A stretch of 32,000 bases of DNA from positions 120,001-152,000 of the forward strand of contig NZ_OZ060402.1 in assembly GCF_964059045.1 (NCBI RefSeq), in the 5' to 3' direction. This stretch comes from Candidatus Saccharimonadota bacterium. Its GTDB lineage: Bacteria; Pseudomonadota; Gammaproteobacteria; Enterobacterales; Enterobacteriaceae. How positions within the stretch are numbered: the first letter of the stretch is position 1; each line of letters begins with the position of its first letter. Shown piece after piece: positions 31,554 through 32,000 of this stretch. A program made the position numbers and the translations under genes. The notes under the pieces were generated by a model. It made no database searches. It worked only from the letters and a program-made list of their open reading frames with translations, and had not been told where the DNA came from.

Positions 31554-31697
31554 TTGATGACTATAGTTAATATAAAAAAATAATTTTTATTTATAAATAT
31601 TTTTTGTTGATTTATATAAAATTATTAGAATTAATATAATATATTATCATTAATACTAATTATAATATTGTTGTTTATTAATTTATAATTTTTTATA

Positions 31698-31735
31698 AAA
31701 AGTATTGCGTCCAAAAATATTGGAGCAATACTTTT
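31698..31735. terminator. Bidirectional rho-independent terminator between convergent rpsT and dnaJ
   Basis: aaaagtattgc (31698-31708) pairs with gcaatactttt (31725-31735). An inner tcc/gga pairing follows after a 1-nt bulge, leaving a 9-nt loop. The A-run on the left and the T-run on the right give a U-tract on either strand. It lies 10 nt beyond the dnaJ stop. Confidence 0.7.
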
Positions 31736-31745
31736 AATACTCATA

Positions 31746-32000
31746 TTATCGTCTTAAATCATCAAAAAATCTTTTTACACCATCAAAGAATCGTTTTGAA
31801 CGAGGGCTATTTTTTTCTCCTTTGAAACCACCAAAACTTTCTCCTAGTTCATATAAAAGTGTTTTTTGTTTATCATTTAACTGAACAGGTGTTTCGACAA
31901 GAATACGACATAATAAATCTCCTTTCTTACCATTTCGTACTGATTTTACTCCTCTTCCACGTATACGAAATGATTTTCCTGATTGTGTACCAGATGGGAT
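31746..32000 (-). CDS. dnaJ: Chaperone DnaJ, C-terminal 84 codons (5' end outside the window)
   Basis: The minus-strand translation ends [58 protein letters not shown]. This is collinear with the E. coli DnaJ C-terminus ([32 protein letters not shown]....[21 protein letters not shown]). It is not in the ORF track because no start lies inside the window. Confidence 0.85.
   Translation of the reverse strand: MPSGTQSGKSFRIRGRGVKSVRNGKKGDLLCRILVETPVQLNDKQKTLLYELGESFGGFKGEKNSPRSKRFFDGVKRFFDDLRR

Overview
This window is extremely AT-rich, gene-dense DNA that looks like a reduced gamma-proteobacterial endosymbiont genome. Gene content and order are ydiK-aroH-thrS-infC-rpmI-rplT-pheS-pheT-[ihfA relic]-tgt on the plus strand, then glyS-glyQ (-), nfo-rplY (+), yabI (-), surA-rsmA-apaH (+), folA-carB-carA-dapB-lspA-ileS (-), rpsT (+) and dnaJ (-). 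That order matches what I recall for Buchnera aphidicola. The organism call is inference from synteny and composition, not a search. I support 25 housekeeping CDS that look intact (two are cut by the window edges), one gene split by a homopolymer frameshift (rsmA/ksgA), and one heavily decayed but still alignable pseudogene (ihfA). I also support several hairpin terminators and a set of long perfect A/T-rich inverted repeats in the spacers. I saw no tRNA, rRNA or other structured RNA gene, no CRISPR array, no transposase or integrase, and no phage, defence or toxin-like ORF. I therefore do not find a novel multi-gene system here. The observations worth a second look are structural or concern genome erosion. 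They are a 103-bp perfect palindrome in the divergent glyQ-nfo spacer, and an rsmA frameshift inside an A10 tract that could be rescued by slippage. They also include an ihfA relic overlapping the pheT stop, a 1.1-kb empty slot where ribF is expected, three stacked perfect inverted repeats upstream of aroH, and non-ATG starts (infC ATT, carA TTG, tgt GTG). All protein comparisons were made by eye against E. coli sequences recalled from memory. No GC values, folding energies or database hits were computed.
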